Source: Myxococcales bacterium
GTDB taxonomy: Bacteria; Myxococcota; Myxococcia; Myxococcales; Myxococcaceae
Length of the DNA: 64,000 bases
NCBI GenBank assembly: GCA_030696265.1
Contig: JAUYSO010000017.1
Span: forward strand, 72,368 to 136,367
Direction: 5' to 3'
In this document: piece after piece, positions 13,866-23,056 of the stretch
Layout of the letters: each line of letters starts with the position of its first letter
How positions within the stretch are numbered: the stretch's first letter is position 1
Notes under the pieces: model-generated
Seen by the model: only the letters and a program-made list of their open reading frames with translations
What the model was told of the DNA's origin: nothing
Database searches by the model: none
Position numbers and translations under genes: made by a program

Positions 13866-14306
13866 TTAACGGAACGTGTACTTCAGGCCGGGGCCGGTCC
13901 AGAGCACCTTGCCCGACGCAGACTCGCGGGTCTCGATGACGACGTCGAAGGCGCCACGCTCGTCGGTGCGCGACAGGAAGCCCTGCGTGAGGTTCCACAC
14001 CTCTTCAGGGTGAAACGTCACCCGCGGCCACACCTGCTCGTTCATCACGCTGCCGTCGGCACGCACCGCGCGGAGAATCACGTCGACCACCACCAGCTGA
14101 TTGGAGCGGCTCGACAGCTCGAGGTTCAGGTTCACCATGCGACCCGCCACCGGCGCCGTCGGGTTCACCTGCACCTCGGCGAAGAACTCGTAGCGGGCGA
14201 GCTCCTCAGGCGTCGCGGAGTACTCCCCTGCGCACGCAGCGGAGAGCAGGACGACGATGGTGAGGAGCAGAACGCGCACGGTGGATTCCCCTTCGCGGGA
14301 CTCCAT
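13866..14306 (-). CDS. Small hypothetical lipoprotein
   Basis: 146 aa. Signal peptide with lipobox (RVLLLTIVVLLSAAC). High GC3. Confidence 0.55.
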   Translation of the reverse strand: MESREGESTVRVLLLTIVVLLSAACAGEYSATPEELARYEFFAEVQVNPTAPVAGRMVNLNLELSSRSNQLVVVDVILRAVRADGSVMNEQVWPRVTFHPEEVWNLTQGFLSRTDERGAFDVVIETRESASGKVLWTGPGLKYTFR

Positions 14307-14605
14307 TGCGAGCGCCTTGCCAACTTTTGAGAGAGCGCCGAAAACATCAGGTGTTTCAGACGTTTCAGACCCGGACCGCGGGTGCCCATGTCAGGTCCCT
14401 TGGCGTTTCTGGACGGTCGGAGCACCAACACCTCCGTGCACTGGTCCGGGCACCTGTTGCATCGACTGCACACGAGCTCACCGTCGCGGCCTCTTCGCGC
14501 CTCTGTGCACGCGATGCGCACCGCACTGCTCCTCACTTTACGCTCGTCTCCGAAGCAAACGTCGATGGGAGACAGCAACTCACCACCGTCTCTCTGCGCG
14601 GCACG

Positions 14606-15156
14606 ATGCTGCGGGTCCTGGTCGAGACGGGGAAGACGCCCACCGTCCTCTTCCTTCGCGACACGGCCTCGGGCGTCACCGTCATCTCGGAGCCCGTCGA
14701 GAACAGCGTTCGGCGCATCGTCGATACCCTGACCCGGCGGTTGCGCCGTCAGGCGATCGACTCGTCTATCGCTTCGAGCGCCAACCTTCGAAGCGGCGCC
14801 TGCTGGGGCGCGAATGCATCGAGCACCTGGCAGCGGCAAGCTCGCCGGAGCTCAGCTTCAGTGGCTGCTACACGCCGTGGAGCGCGGCCGGCCTCGACGC
14901 GGTGTCCTTCGGGCGCCTCTTTCCTTCGACGAAGACGATGGCGTGGTTCCCGCTGCTGGTGCTGATGACGACGACGTGGACCGGCCTGCACCCGAGCTTC
15001 GCCGGCGAGCTGCCTGGCGTTCCGCTGGAGTGCTCCCAGAAGCTCTGGAACGGCCCGACCAGAAAGGTCAGCTCGCGCGTGAAGAAGCTCCGACCGACGG
15101 CGCTCGACGCCAGCCTCTTCGCCTGGCCCACCATTCCCGATGCTGGAGCGCGGTGA
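14606..15156 (+). CDS. Hypothetical ORF with coding-like GC3 that switches reading frame near 14790-14810 (possible frameshifted or unannotated small gene(s))
   Basis: Frame of 14606 (MLRVLVETGKTPTVLFLRDTASGVTVISEPVENSVRRIVDTLTRRL...) has high third-position GC to about 14790. From about 14800 to the stop at 15156 the high-GC3 frame is +1 (…ECIEHLAAASSPELSFSGCYTPWSAAGLDAVSFGRLFPSTKTMAWFPLLVLMTTTW...). No family recognised. Confidence 0.25.
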
Positions 15157-15162
15157 GCTGGC

Positions 15163-15951
15163 TCAGCGACTGTCTTGCTTCTCGGGCTCGGGCTCAGGGC
15201 CTGTCGGGCGCGGCGCCGAGAGCTCGAGGTTGAACGGCTTCGCGGCGCCGTTGCCGGCGGCGTCGTACAGCTCGACCACCAGCCGGTAGGCGCGCCCATC
15301 ATCGAAGCCAAAGCTCCCGGAGCAGACGTCATGGCCGAACACCACCGCGTCGCTGTCGAGCGGCACGGGGTACTGCTGCTTCGCGGCCACTCCGCGCGCG
15401 CGCTGCATCGTCACCAGCAGGTAGGCGGCGCCGATGTCGTTGACCTGCGTGCGCAGCTTCAGCGTGCGGGTCAACCCGTCGCGCGTGCGCTGATAGAACC
15501 CCTCTGACACGGCGGGCTTGGTGAGGAACTTCGGCGCGACGGTGTCGGCCGAGGGGCCCGTCTTCCACCGCGCGGTGTTGTCGCCCCAGGTGTCGTTGAG
15601 CAGCTTCACCATGGGCAGCGCGCGGCCGATGGTGAGCGTGTACTCGGTGTTCGGCTGGAGCGGCCGCGTCGGCTTCAGCTTCACCGCGACGCGGTTCATC
15701 GTCGACGACCAGCCCTTCTCGACCGTCACGCCGACCGGGTCTCCGCCGCCGAGGAGCGCGAGCTCGGACGAGCCGACGAGCTTCGACACGCGCTCCTGCT
15801 CGTTGAGCACCCCTTCGAGCACGAAGTGCACGTTGGTCGGCACCGTCGCGCCGGGCGAAGGAAACAACCGAATGCCGTCTTCGCAGGCGGCGTGGGCGCG
15901 AGGCGCAGCCGCCGCCACCAGGGCGAGCGCACACCACAGCCACGTGGACCT
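15163..15951 (-). CDS. Hypothetical secreted protein
   Basis: Start at the internal ATG (MRSTWLWCALALVAAAAPRAHA signal peptide). 262 aa. High GC3. No recognisable domain. Confidence 0.6.
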   Translation of the reverse strand, partial: RSTWLWCALALVAAAAPRAHAACEDGIRLFPSPGATVPTNVHFVLEGVLNEQERVSKLVGSSELALLGGGDPVGVTVEKGWSSTMNRVAVKLKPTRPLQPNTEYTLTIGRALPMVKLLNDTWGDNTARWKTGPSADTVAPKFLTKPAVSEGFYQRTRDGLTRTLKLRTQVNDIGAAYLLVTMQRARGVAAKQQYPVPLDSDAVVFGHDVCSGSFGFDDGRAYRLVVELYDAAGNGAAKPFNLELSAPRPTGPEPEPEKQDSR

Positions 15952-16003
15952 CATCGACGGCATCGACCGCTGCGACGCTCCGGCGCTCACCACATTCACG
16001 CCC

Positions 16004-16294
16004 TCAGTGCACTGGAGTGCCGGGGTCGATGAGCTCCACCGGCCCGAACTTCGACTCATACTTGGCGAGGTTCTCTTGAATCGCCATCAACAGGCGCTTC
16101 ATGTGCTTGGGGTTGGTGATGATGCGCGAGAGCACCTTCGCGCGAGGCTGCTGCGGCTGCACGTAGATGAAGTCGAGCGTGAACTCGGTCTCGGTGTGGT
16201 TGACGAGCGCCATGTTCGCGTAGCGGCCGTTGGCCACGTCGTCGTCGAGCTGAATCTGGAGCTGAATCTCGGGGGGCTTCGGTGTTTCACTCAT
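16004..16294 (-). CDS. DUF3467 family small protein
   Basis: 97 aa: MSETPKPPEIQLQIQLDDDVANGRYANMALVNHTETEFTLDFIYVQPQQPRAKVLSRIITNPKHMKRLLMAIQENL. This is the conserved DUF3467 pattern. The upstream part of the 350-aa ORF-track entry is low-complexity and rejected. Confidence 0.75.
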   Translation of the reverse strand: MSETPKPPEIQLQIQLDDDVANGRYANMALVNHTETEFTLDFIYVQPQQPRAKVLSRIITNPKHMKRLLMAIQENLAKYESKFGPVELIDPGTPVH

Positions 16295-17165
16295 GATGCT
16301 CCACGGTGTACCCCGGGGACCGCACGAGGTGAACCCTCGGAAGTGCAAACGTGTTGCGCTGGCACGCGGGCCTGTCACCATCGGCGCGCTCGTCGTGTCC
16401 TTCCCTCTCGACCCCGCCCGCACGTCGTCGTTCGACCTCGGCCCGCCTGACGCGAGCACCGCGGTGCTGCTGCTCCATGGCTTCACGGGGAGCCCGTGGG
16501 AGGTGCGGCCGCTGGCCGAGTCGCTCGCGGCCCGCGGCTTTTTCGTTCGCGCGCCCAGGCTCCCCGGCCACGGCACCACGCCCGAGGACATGCTGTGGGT
16601 GACGTGGCGGGAGTGGCTCGCTGCCGCCGAGGCCTCGTTCGACTCCCTCACGCGGTTCCCAAGGGTGTGCATCGCGGGGCTGTCGATGGGCGGGCTGCTG
16701 GGGCTGTTGCTGGCCGAACGGCACGGCGCGCGGGTGTCGAAGCTGGTGTTGATGGCGCCGGTGATGCGGGTGCAGCGGCGCGCTGGCCGGCTGCTCGAGC
16801 GGCTGGGGCCGGGCGCGCTGCAGGGCTTTGCCGCGAAGTGGCTCGAGAAGACGACGACCGACCTCGAAGACGACGCGGCGCGCGCCCAGTCTCCCGTACT
16901 GCCCAGGTACCCGCTCGGCCGGCTGCTCGACCTGTTCGAGCTGCAGCGGCTGGCGCGGCGCGCGGCTCCGCGGGTGAAGGCACCGACGCTCATCGCGGCG
17001 GCCGTGCAGGACCACGTCGTGCAACTCGAGAGCATCGAGGCGCTGCACGCCGACATGCCCGGGTCGCGCTTCCTGGTGCTCCAGCGCGGCTTTCACATTC
17101 TGACTCATGATGTCGACCGCGCCCGGCTCACGGCCGAGGTGGCGGAGTTCATCGACGAGCCGTAG
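16293..17165 (+). CDS. Alpha/beta-hydrolase fold carboxylesterase/lysophospholipase-like protein
   Basis: LLLHGFTGSPWE, nucleophile elbow GLSMGG, and a C-terminal His region (GFHILTHDVD). The true start may be a downstream GTG/ATG (about 16370), because the first 25 codons overlap the DUF3467 gene. Confidence 0.8.
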   Translation: MMLHGVPRGPHEVNPRKCKRVALARGPVTIGALVVSFPLDPARTSSFDLGPPDASTAVLLLHGFTGSPWEVRPLAESLAARGFFVRAPRLPGHGTTPEDMLWVTWREWLAAAEASFDSLTRFPRVCIAGLSMGGLLGLLLAERHGARVSKLVLMAPVMRVQRRAGRLLERLGPGALQGFAAKWLEKTTTDLEDDAARAQSPVLPRYPLGRLLDLFELQRLARRAAPRVKAPTLIAAAVQDHVVQLESIEALHADMPGSRFLVLQRGFHILTHDVDRARLTAEVAEFIDEP

Positions 17166-17204
17166 CGCCGTGCTCGTGACATCCCCCGCGAGCCGAAGGA
17201 CACC

Positions 17205-17475
17205 GCAACCCGTCACGGCGCGTGCGGAAGCCGCCCCAATCGTGACACTCGTTGCCCATGGCGGAGCGCACCCTCGCGTGTTCCCTCATCCAGAACCGGC
17301 CTCCTCCTGCAGAGGGCGGGAGGCGCGTCGCGTCACTGCCGTGCGCTTCGGGAAGGGCACCGTCCGTCACGCCGCGCGGAATGCGCGCCGGTCGTTGCAC
17401 CGAGCCGGCGGCCGCGCGTGAGCCGAACGAGTGTCACGATTGGGGCGGTTTCCGCGCGAGGCGTGACGAGCGGCG
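17205..17475. repeat. Long imperfect inverted repeat (about 45-nt arms, 23-nt perfect core, about 170-nt spacer) in a 3' intergenic region
   Basis: Core ccgccccaatcgtgacactcgtt (17231-17253) and its exact reverse complement aacgagtgtcacgattggggcgg (17425-17447). The arms extend with about 80% identity. The same peptide (ECHDWGGFR) appears in spurious ORFs on both strands. Confidence 0.8.
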
Positions 17476-17642
17476 AGTGCTTCACGCCAGAGACCGTGAC
17501 GAGCGAAGAAGCGGCTCCGCGGTGAAGGAGGCGTCGTGCGGCCCCAGAAGCAGGGCAGGGAGCCACCTCTTCACTGCGAAAAGAACTCACTCGTCGAGAG
17601 CGGTGACTCGTCGGAGCGTGCTCCGCTTCCGTGTGCGATGGC

Positions 17643-19223
17643 TCAGGGCGCGCAGACCTTCCGCACCCGAATCGAGGCCATGTCGCGCCAGCCGACGAAC
17701 AGCCACCCGGGCTCCACCGACGAGGCCACCACCGCCGGCACGCCTGCGCCGCCGTCGAGATTTCTCAGCCGGAAGCTGAAGGTGTCACCGACTGGCACCG
17801 ACGTGCCCACGACGATCTGCTGCCCACCGCCGGGCACGCGCTCCTGCATCGCGACGTTCAGGTCGCCCGACTGCGTGCGGAACGCCGACGCGGCGCCCCA
17901 CTGCTGGGCGAGGAACGACGCGGCCGCCGCCACCTCGGAGAGCCCGCGCGTCAGGTCGGGAAGAAAGTACACCCCTGAGAGCGACGAGTTGGTGTCGGAG
18001 TACGCGTAGGTCGCCGACACGCCCGCGTCCCACTCGTGGAGCTCGGCGTCGAGGCCTCCGTAGTACGGCGGGCTCCACACGCCGCCGTCACCGAGCCGAA
18101 TGAGCTGCCTCACCGTGTCGCCGTCCGCGTCGTCGGCGCTGTAGATGACGAAGTGGCCACGGTCGCTCAGGTTGACCGAGTTGAGCGTGACGTTCGGCGG
18201 AACGCCGGGCCCCACGTTCACGTCGCGAATCTGCGAGAGCCCACCATCGAACTCCCAGATCAGCAGGCGCGCCCGGTTGCCGTTCGTGTCCGCGAGGAAG
18301 GTGCTGACGGCCTGCTCGCCCACGCCGAGGCGCAGACCGCCCCAGAAGCCCGCGTCGACCAGCGTCTCGAAGCCCTCGAGGCCCGCGTCACCAGCCAGCA
18401 GCGTGTTCACCCGCGTGAGGCCGACGCCACCATCGGTCGTCGTCGCGACGAAGACGGACTCACCGAGCGAGCGCGCCTGGAACTGCGCCGGCGGAGGCCG
18501 CGCGACGACGTGGCTGCGTTGAAAGACGAAGGCCTCGTCGTACCGGGCGACGATGAGCTCGGGCGTGCCCGCCGTGGGTCGGCGCTCGAAGACCAGCGAG
18601 AAGCCCTGCGGCATCGCGAGCAGCTGGAACGGCGCCGTCGTCGAGGCTTCGTTGGTCAACACCGAGAGCGCGCGGACGTCGGTGAAGCCGTCACAGTCGT
18701 TGTCGAGCGAATCGCAGCGCGCCTCGGCGACCTGGTACGCAGACCCGTAGTCGGAGGCGTCGCACACCAACTGCTCACCGGACTCACAGCGGTTCTTCCT
18801 GCCGGCGCAGACGCCCAGCGTGAGCGTGCACGCCTGGGTGTCCGTCACCTCATCGTCGACCAGCCCATCGCAGTCGTCGTCCTTGTTGTTGCAGACCTCG
18901 ACCGAGGGGCGGCCCTCGTTGACGCAGACGCCGCTCCACACACGCTCCGAGGTGCAGACCTCCGTGCCCTTCTTGCACTCGCCGCGTCCACCACCACACT
19001 CGCGCGTGTCGCCCAGCTTGCACGCGCAGTCGCCCATCGACGACTCGAGGCGGCAGAACCCGTTGCGGCACGTCGTGCCTCCGGGGCAGGGGCCGCTCTC
19101 GCCACACGTGATGGCGCAGTCGACGATGGTGGGGGAATAGAACGAGCAGCCCGCCGCCGTGCCGAGCACCAGCGCCGCGCCGAACGCCAGCCCGTGAGCC
19201 CGTCTCAGAAGCGGGTTGACCAT
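17643..19223 (-). CDS. Cysteine-rich secreted lipoprotein (myxobacterial putative metal-binding CxxC...DNDCDG repeat region plus a large C-terminal domain)
   Basis: Start at the internal ATG at 19223 (MVNPLLRRAHGLAFGAALVLGTAAGCS, lipobox). Repeated C-x-C/DCDG motifs (CNNKDDDCDGLVDD, CDSLDNDCDGFTD). 526 aa. Confidence 0.7.
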   Translation of the reverse strand: MVNPLLRRAHGLAFGAALVLGTAAGCSFYSPTIVDCAITCGESGPCPGGTTCRNGFCRLESSMGDCACKLGDTRECGGGRGECKKGTEVCTSERVWSGVCVNEGRPSVEVCNNKDDDCDGLVDDEVTDTQACTLTLGVCAGRKNRCESGEQLVCDASDYGSAYQVAEARCDSLDNDCDGFTDVRALSVLTNEASTTAPFQLLAMPQGFSLVFERRPTAGTPELIVARYDEAFVFQRSHVVARPPPAQFQARSLGESVFVATTTDGGVGLTRVNTLLAGDAGLEGFETLVDAGFWGGLRLGVGEQAVSTFLADTNGNRARLLIWEFDGGLSQIRDVNVGPGVPPNVTLNSVNLSDRGHFVIYSADDADGDTVRQLIRLGDGGVWSPPYYGGLDAELHEWDAGVSATYAYSDTNSSLSGVYFLPDLTRGLSEVAAAASFLAQQWGAASAFRTQSGDLNVAMQERVPGGGQQIVVGTSVPVGDTFSFRLRNLDGGAGVPAVVASSVEPGWLFVGWRDMASIRVRKVCAP

Positions 19224-20371
19224 GTCGCCAGCGCTCCGTTCACGGAAGGGGTGATGAAGAAGTGCGCCTCGGACTCTTCGCTCGGGCCCGCGAGGCTGAC
19301 GATGGTGGCGATGACGCCGCCCACGATGGCCGCGCCGGAGAGGCCGATGAAGACGCCCGCGAGGGTCTGGTCGCGACGGCCGCCCTGCTCCACCGCGATG
19401 CGCATCGGGTCCCACGGGCCGCCGATGCGGAAGAACTCGGAGACCTGCCGGGACGCATTGGTGGACTGCACCGCGAAGAGCACCGCGAGGCCGCCCGCCA
19501 CGACGCCAGCGCCGAAGAGCACGACGCCGACCACGGGGAAACGGCCGCGCGGCCCACCACCCCCGGCCGAAGCGCCGCCTGCGACGAGCTTGAGCTTCAC
19601 GGTGCGCGGCTTGCCGGGCTCGACCATCACGTCGGTGCGGGTCGACTGAAAGCCATCGAGCTCGGCGATGAGCTCGTGGGAGCCCGGCGTCAGCTCGACC
19701 TTCGTTGGCGAGAGCCCGGCCAGCTTGCCATCGAGCATCAGCACGGCGTCGCGGGGGTCGGTCTCGATGGTGATCTCCACCGGCCCCGACGCCGCCTTCG
19801 GCTTGAGTACGAGGTTCACGTCCTTCGTCGAGCCTGACGCGAGCTCGAACGTCTCTTCGGCTTCGGGCTCACCGTCACGCGTGGCGCGAATGGTGTGCTT
19901 GCCGGGGCCCAGCAGAATCGGGTCGGCGAGCGGCGAGCTGCCCACCTCTTCACCATCGACGAACACCTTCGCGGGAGCACCTTCGACCTTCACGTTGATC
20001 TTCGAGGTCAGCGCGCGAATCTGCGACAGCTCGGTCTCGACGCTCTCGCGGCGATCGGCGGGCACCTTCTTGCCGCCCTCCTCGAGGTATCGGTTGAGGG
20101 TCTTCACGGCCTGGCCGTACTTGAAGAGCCGGCGCTCGGTGAGGCCGAGGTTGTAGAGCACCTCGAAGCCGGGCACGGCCTGGTACGCAGCGCGGAACTC
20201 GGCGAGGGCCGACGCGAAGTCGCCTTCTTTGAAGAGCGCGACGCCCTTCTTGTAGTGGTCGGCGGCCTCAGCCTTCTTCGCGGCCGCCTCTTTCTTCGCG
20301 GCGGCGCCCTGGGCGAACGCAAGCGGCGACGAGAGCAGCGTCAGCGCGAGCAGCCAGCGGGTGAGGAGCAC
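19205..20371 (-). CDS. Secreted TPR-repeat plus tandem PEGA-domain protein with a C-terminal TM segment
   Basis: Signal peptide (LLALTLLSSPLAFAQ). TPR-like N-terminus. Two PEGA motifs (AKVFVDGEEVGSSP; AVLMLDGKLAGLSPT). Glycine-rich TM region near the C-terminus. Confidence 0.8.
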   Translation of the reverse strand: MLLTRWLLALTLLSSPLAFAQGAAAKKEAAAKKAEAADHYKKGVALFKEGDFASALAEFRAAYQAVPGFEVLYNLGLTERRLFKYGQAVKTLNRYLEEGGKKVPADRRESVETELSQIRALTSKINVKVEGAPAKVFVDGEEVGSSPLADPILLGPGKHTIRATRDGEPEAEETFELASGSTKDVNLVLKPKAASGPVEITIETDPRDAVLMLDGKLAGLSPTKVELTPGSHELIAELDGFQSTRTDVMVEPGKPRTVKLKLVAGGASAGGGGPRGRFPVVGVVLFGAGVVAGGLAVLFAVQSTNASRQVSEFFRIGGPWDPMRIAVEQGGRRDQTLAGVFIGLSGAAIVGGVIATIVSLAGPSEESEAHFFITPSVNGALATWSTRF

Positions 20372-20399
20372 GAGCGAGAGCCTACCCCGAAGTCATCGC

Positions 20400-22031
20400 T
20401 CACTCGTACGGGTTCGTCTCGTCGACGGTCAGCTTGCCGCCCTTCTTCCCTCCAAGCGGAGGAGGTGGCCTCGTCTTCGGGTACCGCGGCTCCTGGGTCG
20501 TCGGCGCGACGGCGGCGACGAGGCGGGTCAACGTCACGCGCACGTCGCGGGGCTCGGTGAAGGCGAGCTGCATCGAGCGCGGCTCGAACCCCTGAGCGGT
20601 CGTCACCACCGACGCGCCGCTGCCCTTCTCCCGCGTGAGCGTGACGGGGTTGCCCTCGAGCTTCTCGCCGTCGACCTCGAAGCGGGCGCTCGCAGGTTCG
20701 GCCGTCAGCGTCAGTACGACAGGCGTCGGAATGGCGTTCACCGGCTCTTCTGGAGGCGCCACCGTCTGAGCCTTCGTCGGCGGCGTGACGACCACGGGCG
20801 CGGCTGGAGCGTCGGCTGACGTGCCGAGCACGAGGAAGAGGCCTGCGCCGACGATGAGGCCCACCATCGCGATGACGACGGCCGCGGCGAGGCCCGAGCG
20901 ACGCGGCGGCCGCTCCGCGACGGGGTCGAGCGAGGGGGCGGTCGGAGGCGGTGTCCTTGGCGTCTTCGCGGCTGGCCGCTTCGGAGGCGGGCGCGGCGAC
21001 GCGTCATCATCGACCGTCACGTGCGCGGCGGGCATGCGGGTGACCGAGTTCCTTCGGCCGGGAGACGTGGCGGGCAGGCGCGCGGGCCCCGATGGAGGCC
21101 GAGGCGTGCCACCCGACTGGGTTCGCACCGCCGCCTCCTGCGCGAGGTCGAAGAGGCTGGAGAGGTCTCCAGCCTTCACGAGGGCGATGAGTGACTCCTT
21201 CACCTTCGCGGCGTCCTTCGCGCGGCGCTCGGGCTCCTTCACGAGCAGCGCGTCGACGAAGCCACACAGCCGCGTGGGGAGCTCGGGCCGGACCTCGATG
21301 AGCGGCTGGTGCTCCTCTTTCAGGAGCTTCGCGAGCGTCGCGATGTCGCTGTCGGCGTCGTACGGCGCGCGTCCACCGAGCAGCTCGTAGAGCACCGCGC
21401 CCACCGAGTAGATGTCGGCCGAGGGGCCGAGGGTCTTCTCTCCGAGCAGCTGCTCTGGCGCCATGTACTTGGGCGTGCCGACCGCGGTGCCCGAGTGGGT
21501 CAACCCCGTGCTCTGCCCGAAGCGCGAGATGCCGAAGTCGAGGAGCTTCACGAGGCGCTGCGGCTTCGTGCACAGGAAGATGTTCGCAGGCTTGATGTCG
21601 CGGTGAATGACGTTCGCCTGGTGCGCGGCAGCCAGCGCGTCGAGCAGCGGCAGAATGACGCCCACCGCCTGCGCCGGCGCGAAGATGCCGTGCTTCTTGA
21701 AGACGACCTTCAGCGTCGCACCTTCGAGGTGCTCCATGACGATGAAGGGCTCGCCGTCTTCCGTCTCGCCCATGTCGAGCACGTCGACGATGCCGGGGTG
21801 GTTGATGACGGCCGCCGCGCGCGCCTCGAGCGAGAAGCGCGCCTTGATGTCGTCACGATCGGCGAGGTCTGCGACGAGCACCTTGATGGCGACGCGCCGG
21901 CCGATGGACTGGTTGGTCGCTGAATACACCGCGCCCATGCCGCCTTTGCCGAGCACGCCGTCGATCAGGTACTTGCCGGCAAACGTGGTGCCGGGCTCGA
22001 GGACAGTCACAGGCCCGTCAGTGTACCCCAA
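20400..22031 (-). CDS. Eukaryotic-type Ser/Thr protein kinase with a Pro-rich linker, TM helix and C-terminal extracytoplasmic domain
   Basis: Subdomain I GKGGMGAVY, K in VAIK, catalytic loop HRDIKPANIFL, DFG, GTPKYMAPEQ. The following Pro-rich segment and TM helix (LAAAVVIAMVGLIVGAGLFLVLG) are present. Lies 28 nt upstream of the PEGA/TPR gene. Confidence 0.9.
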   Translation of the reverse strand: MGYTDGPVTVLEPGTTFAGKYLIDGVLGKGGMGAVYSATNQSIGRRVAIKVLVADLADRDDIKARFSLEARAAAVINHPGIVDVLDMGETEDGEPFIVMEHLEGATLKVVFKKHGIFAPAQAVGVILPLLDALAAAHQANVIHRDIKPANIFLCTKPQRLVKLLDFGISRFGQSTGLTHSGTAVGTPKYMAPEQLLGEKTLGPSADIYSVGAVLYELLGGRAPYDADSDIATLAKLLKEEHQPLIEVRPELPTRLCGFVDALLVKEPERRAKDAAKVKESLIALVKAGDLSSLFDLAQEAAVRTQSGGTPRPPSGPARLPATSPGRRNSVTRMPAAHVTVDDDASPRPPPKRPAAKTPRTPPPTAPSLDPVAERPPRRSGLAAAVVIAMVGLIVGAGLFLVLGTSADAPAAPVVVTPPTKAQTVAPPEEPVNAIPTPVVLTLTAEPASARFEVDGEKLEGNPVTLTREKGSGASVVTTAQGFEPRSMQLAFTEPRDVRVTLTRLVAAVAPTTQEPRYPKTRPPPPLGGKKGGKLTVDETNPYE

Positions 22032-22144
22032 GGCCGCCTCACGTCTGCTTCGGTGGGATGATCAGGGAGGCCGTGTCGCTCGACGGGCCACACGCTTTCA
22101 CTGAGGTGGCATCGCAGGGCGGTTGCGGCATAACGCCGACCTCC

Positions 22145-23056
22145 ATGCGCCACCTCGCGGCTCTCTCGTGTGTCCTGCTCGCGTGCGCCGCGCCCATTCG
22201 TGTTCCCGAGGCGAGCGTCGTCGCTGCGTCGACGGGTACCGGCCGAGGCGTCGAGGTCTGCATCCTGATGCAGGAGCGGCTGGTGCGCTCACGCGTCGAA
22301 GGCGTCGCCGAGTGGAGCTTCGAGCCGTGGCAGTACGGCATCGCGTCGGTGATGGTGAAGCACCCGGCGGGGCTGGTGATGATCGACCCGGCGTTCGGCC
22401 GTGACGTGGCGCTCGACCTCGCGCGCGGGCCAAAGCTGTTCGCGATCGCGATGGGCCCCGCCCGCACCAAACAGCCGCTCGTCGAGGTGATGAAGACCGC
22501 GGGGATCGACCCGAACGACATCACGCTCGCGCTGGCGACGCACACGCACTGGGACCACATCGGCGCGCTCGGCGACCTCCCCAACGCGCGCGTCGTGCTG
22601 GCCCGCGCCGAGCTCGAGTGGGCGCGCGGGCTGAGCCGCTCCCTCGACGAAGGCGTGATGCCGCACCACCTCGCGCGCGTGAAGGAGCGCCTGTACGCCT
22701 TCGAGTTCAACGGCCCGGCGAGAGACGGCTTCGCTTCCTCCTTCGACGTGTTTGGAGATGGCTCGATCGTCGCGGTCCCGCTCCCGGGGCACACGCCGGG
22801 GAGCACCGCGTTCCTCGTGACGCTCCCCGACGGCCGCACCGCGTTGTTCTCGGGCGACACCTCGTGGACGAGCCGCGGCGTCGAGGCGCCGGTGCACAAG
22901 AACCCGCTGGTGCGTCTCGACAGCGACGTCGACCAGACCGGAGACGGCCTCGGCCTGCTGCACGCCATCTCGAAGGCGCGGCCCGACGTGCTCGTCATTC
23001 CCGCCCACGACGCAGCAGCGCTCGAGCAACTGCCCGCGTGCACCTCGACCCCATGA
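22145..23056 (+). CDS. MBL-fold metallo-hydrolase (secreted)
   Basis: HxHxDH motif (ATHTHWDHIGALGD) and a downstream His (PLPGHTPGS). Signal-peptide-like start MRHLAALSCVLLACAAP chosen over the ORF-track ATG at 22058. Confidence 0.75.
   Translation: MRHLAALSCVLLACAAPIRVPEASVVAASTGTGRGVEVCILMQERLVRSRVEGVAEWSFEPWQYGIASVMVKHPAGLVMIDPAFGRDVALDLARGPKLFAIAMGPARTKQPLVEVMKTAGIDPNDITLALATHTHWDHIGALGDLPNARVVLARAELEWARGLSRSLDEGVMPHHLARVKERLYAFEFNGPARDGFASSFDVFGDGSIVAVPLPGHTPGSTAFLVTLPDGRTALFSGDTSWTSRGVEAPVHKNPLVRLDSDVDQTGDGLGLLHAISKARPDVLVIPAHDAAALEQLPACTSTP

Noticed and set aside
14165-14839. 224-aa minus-strand ORF, and the plus-strand ORF 14257..15156 as a single 299-aa gene
   Set aside because: Each spans the lower-GC promoter-like stretch 14330..14400 and lacks consistent GC3. 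Only the 14606..15156 portion shows coding-like signal, in two different frames.
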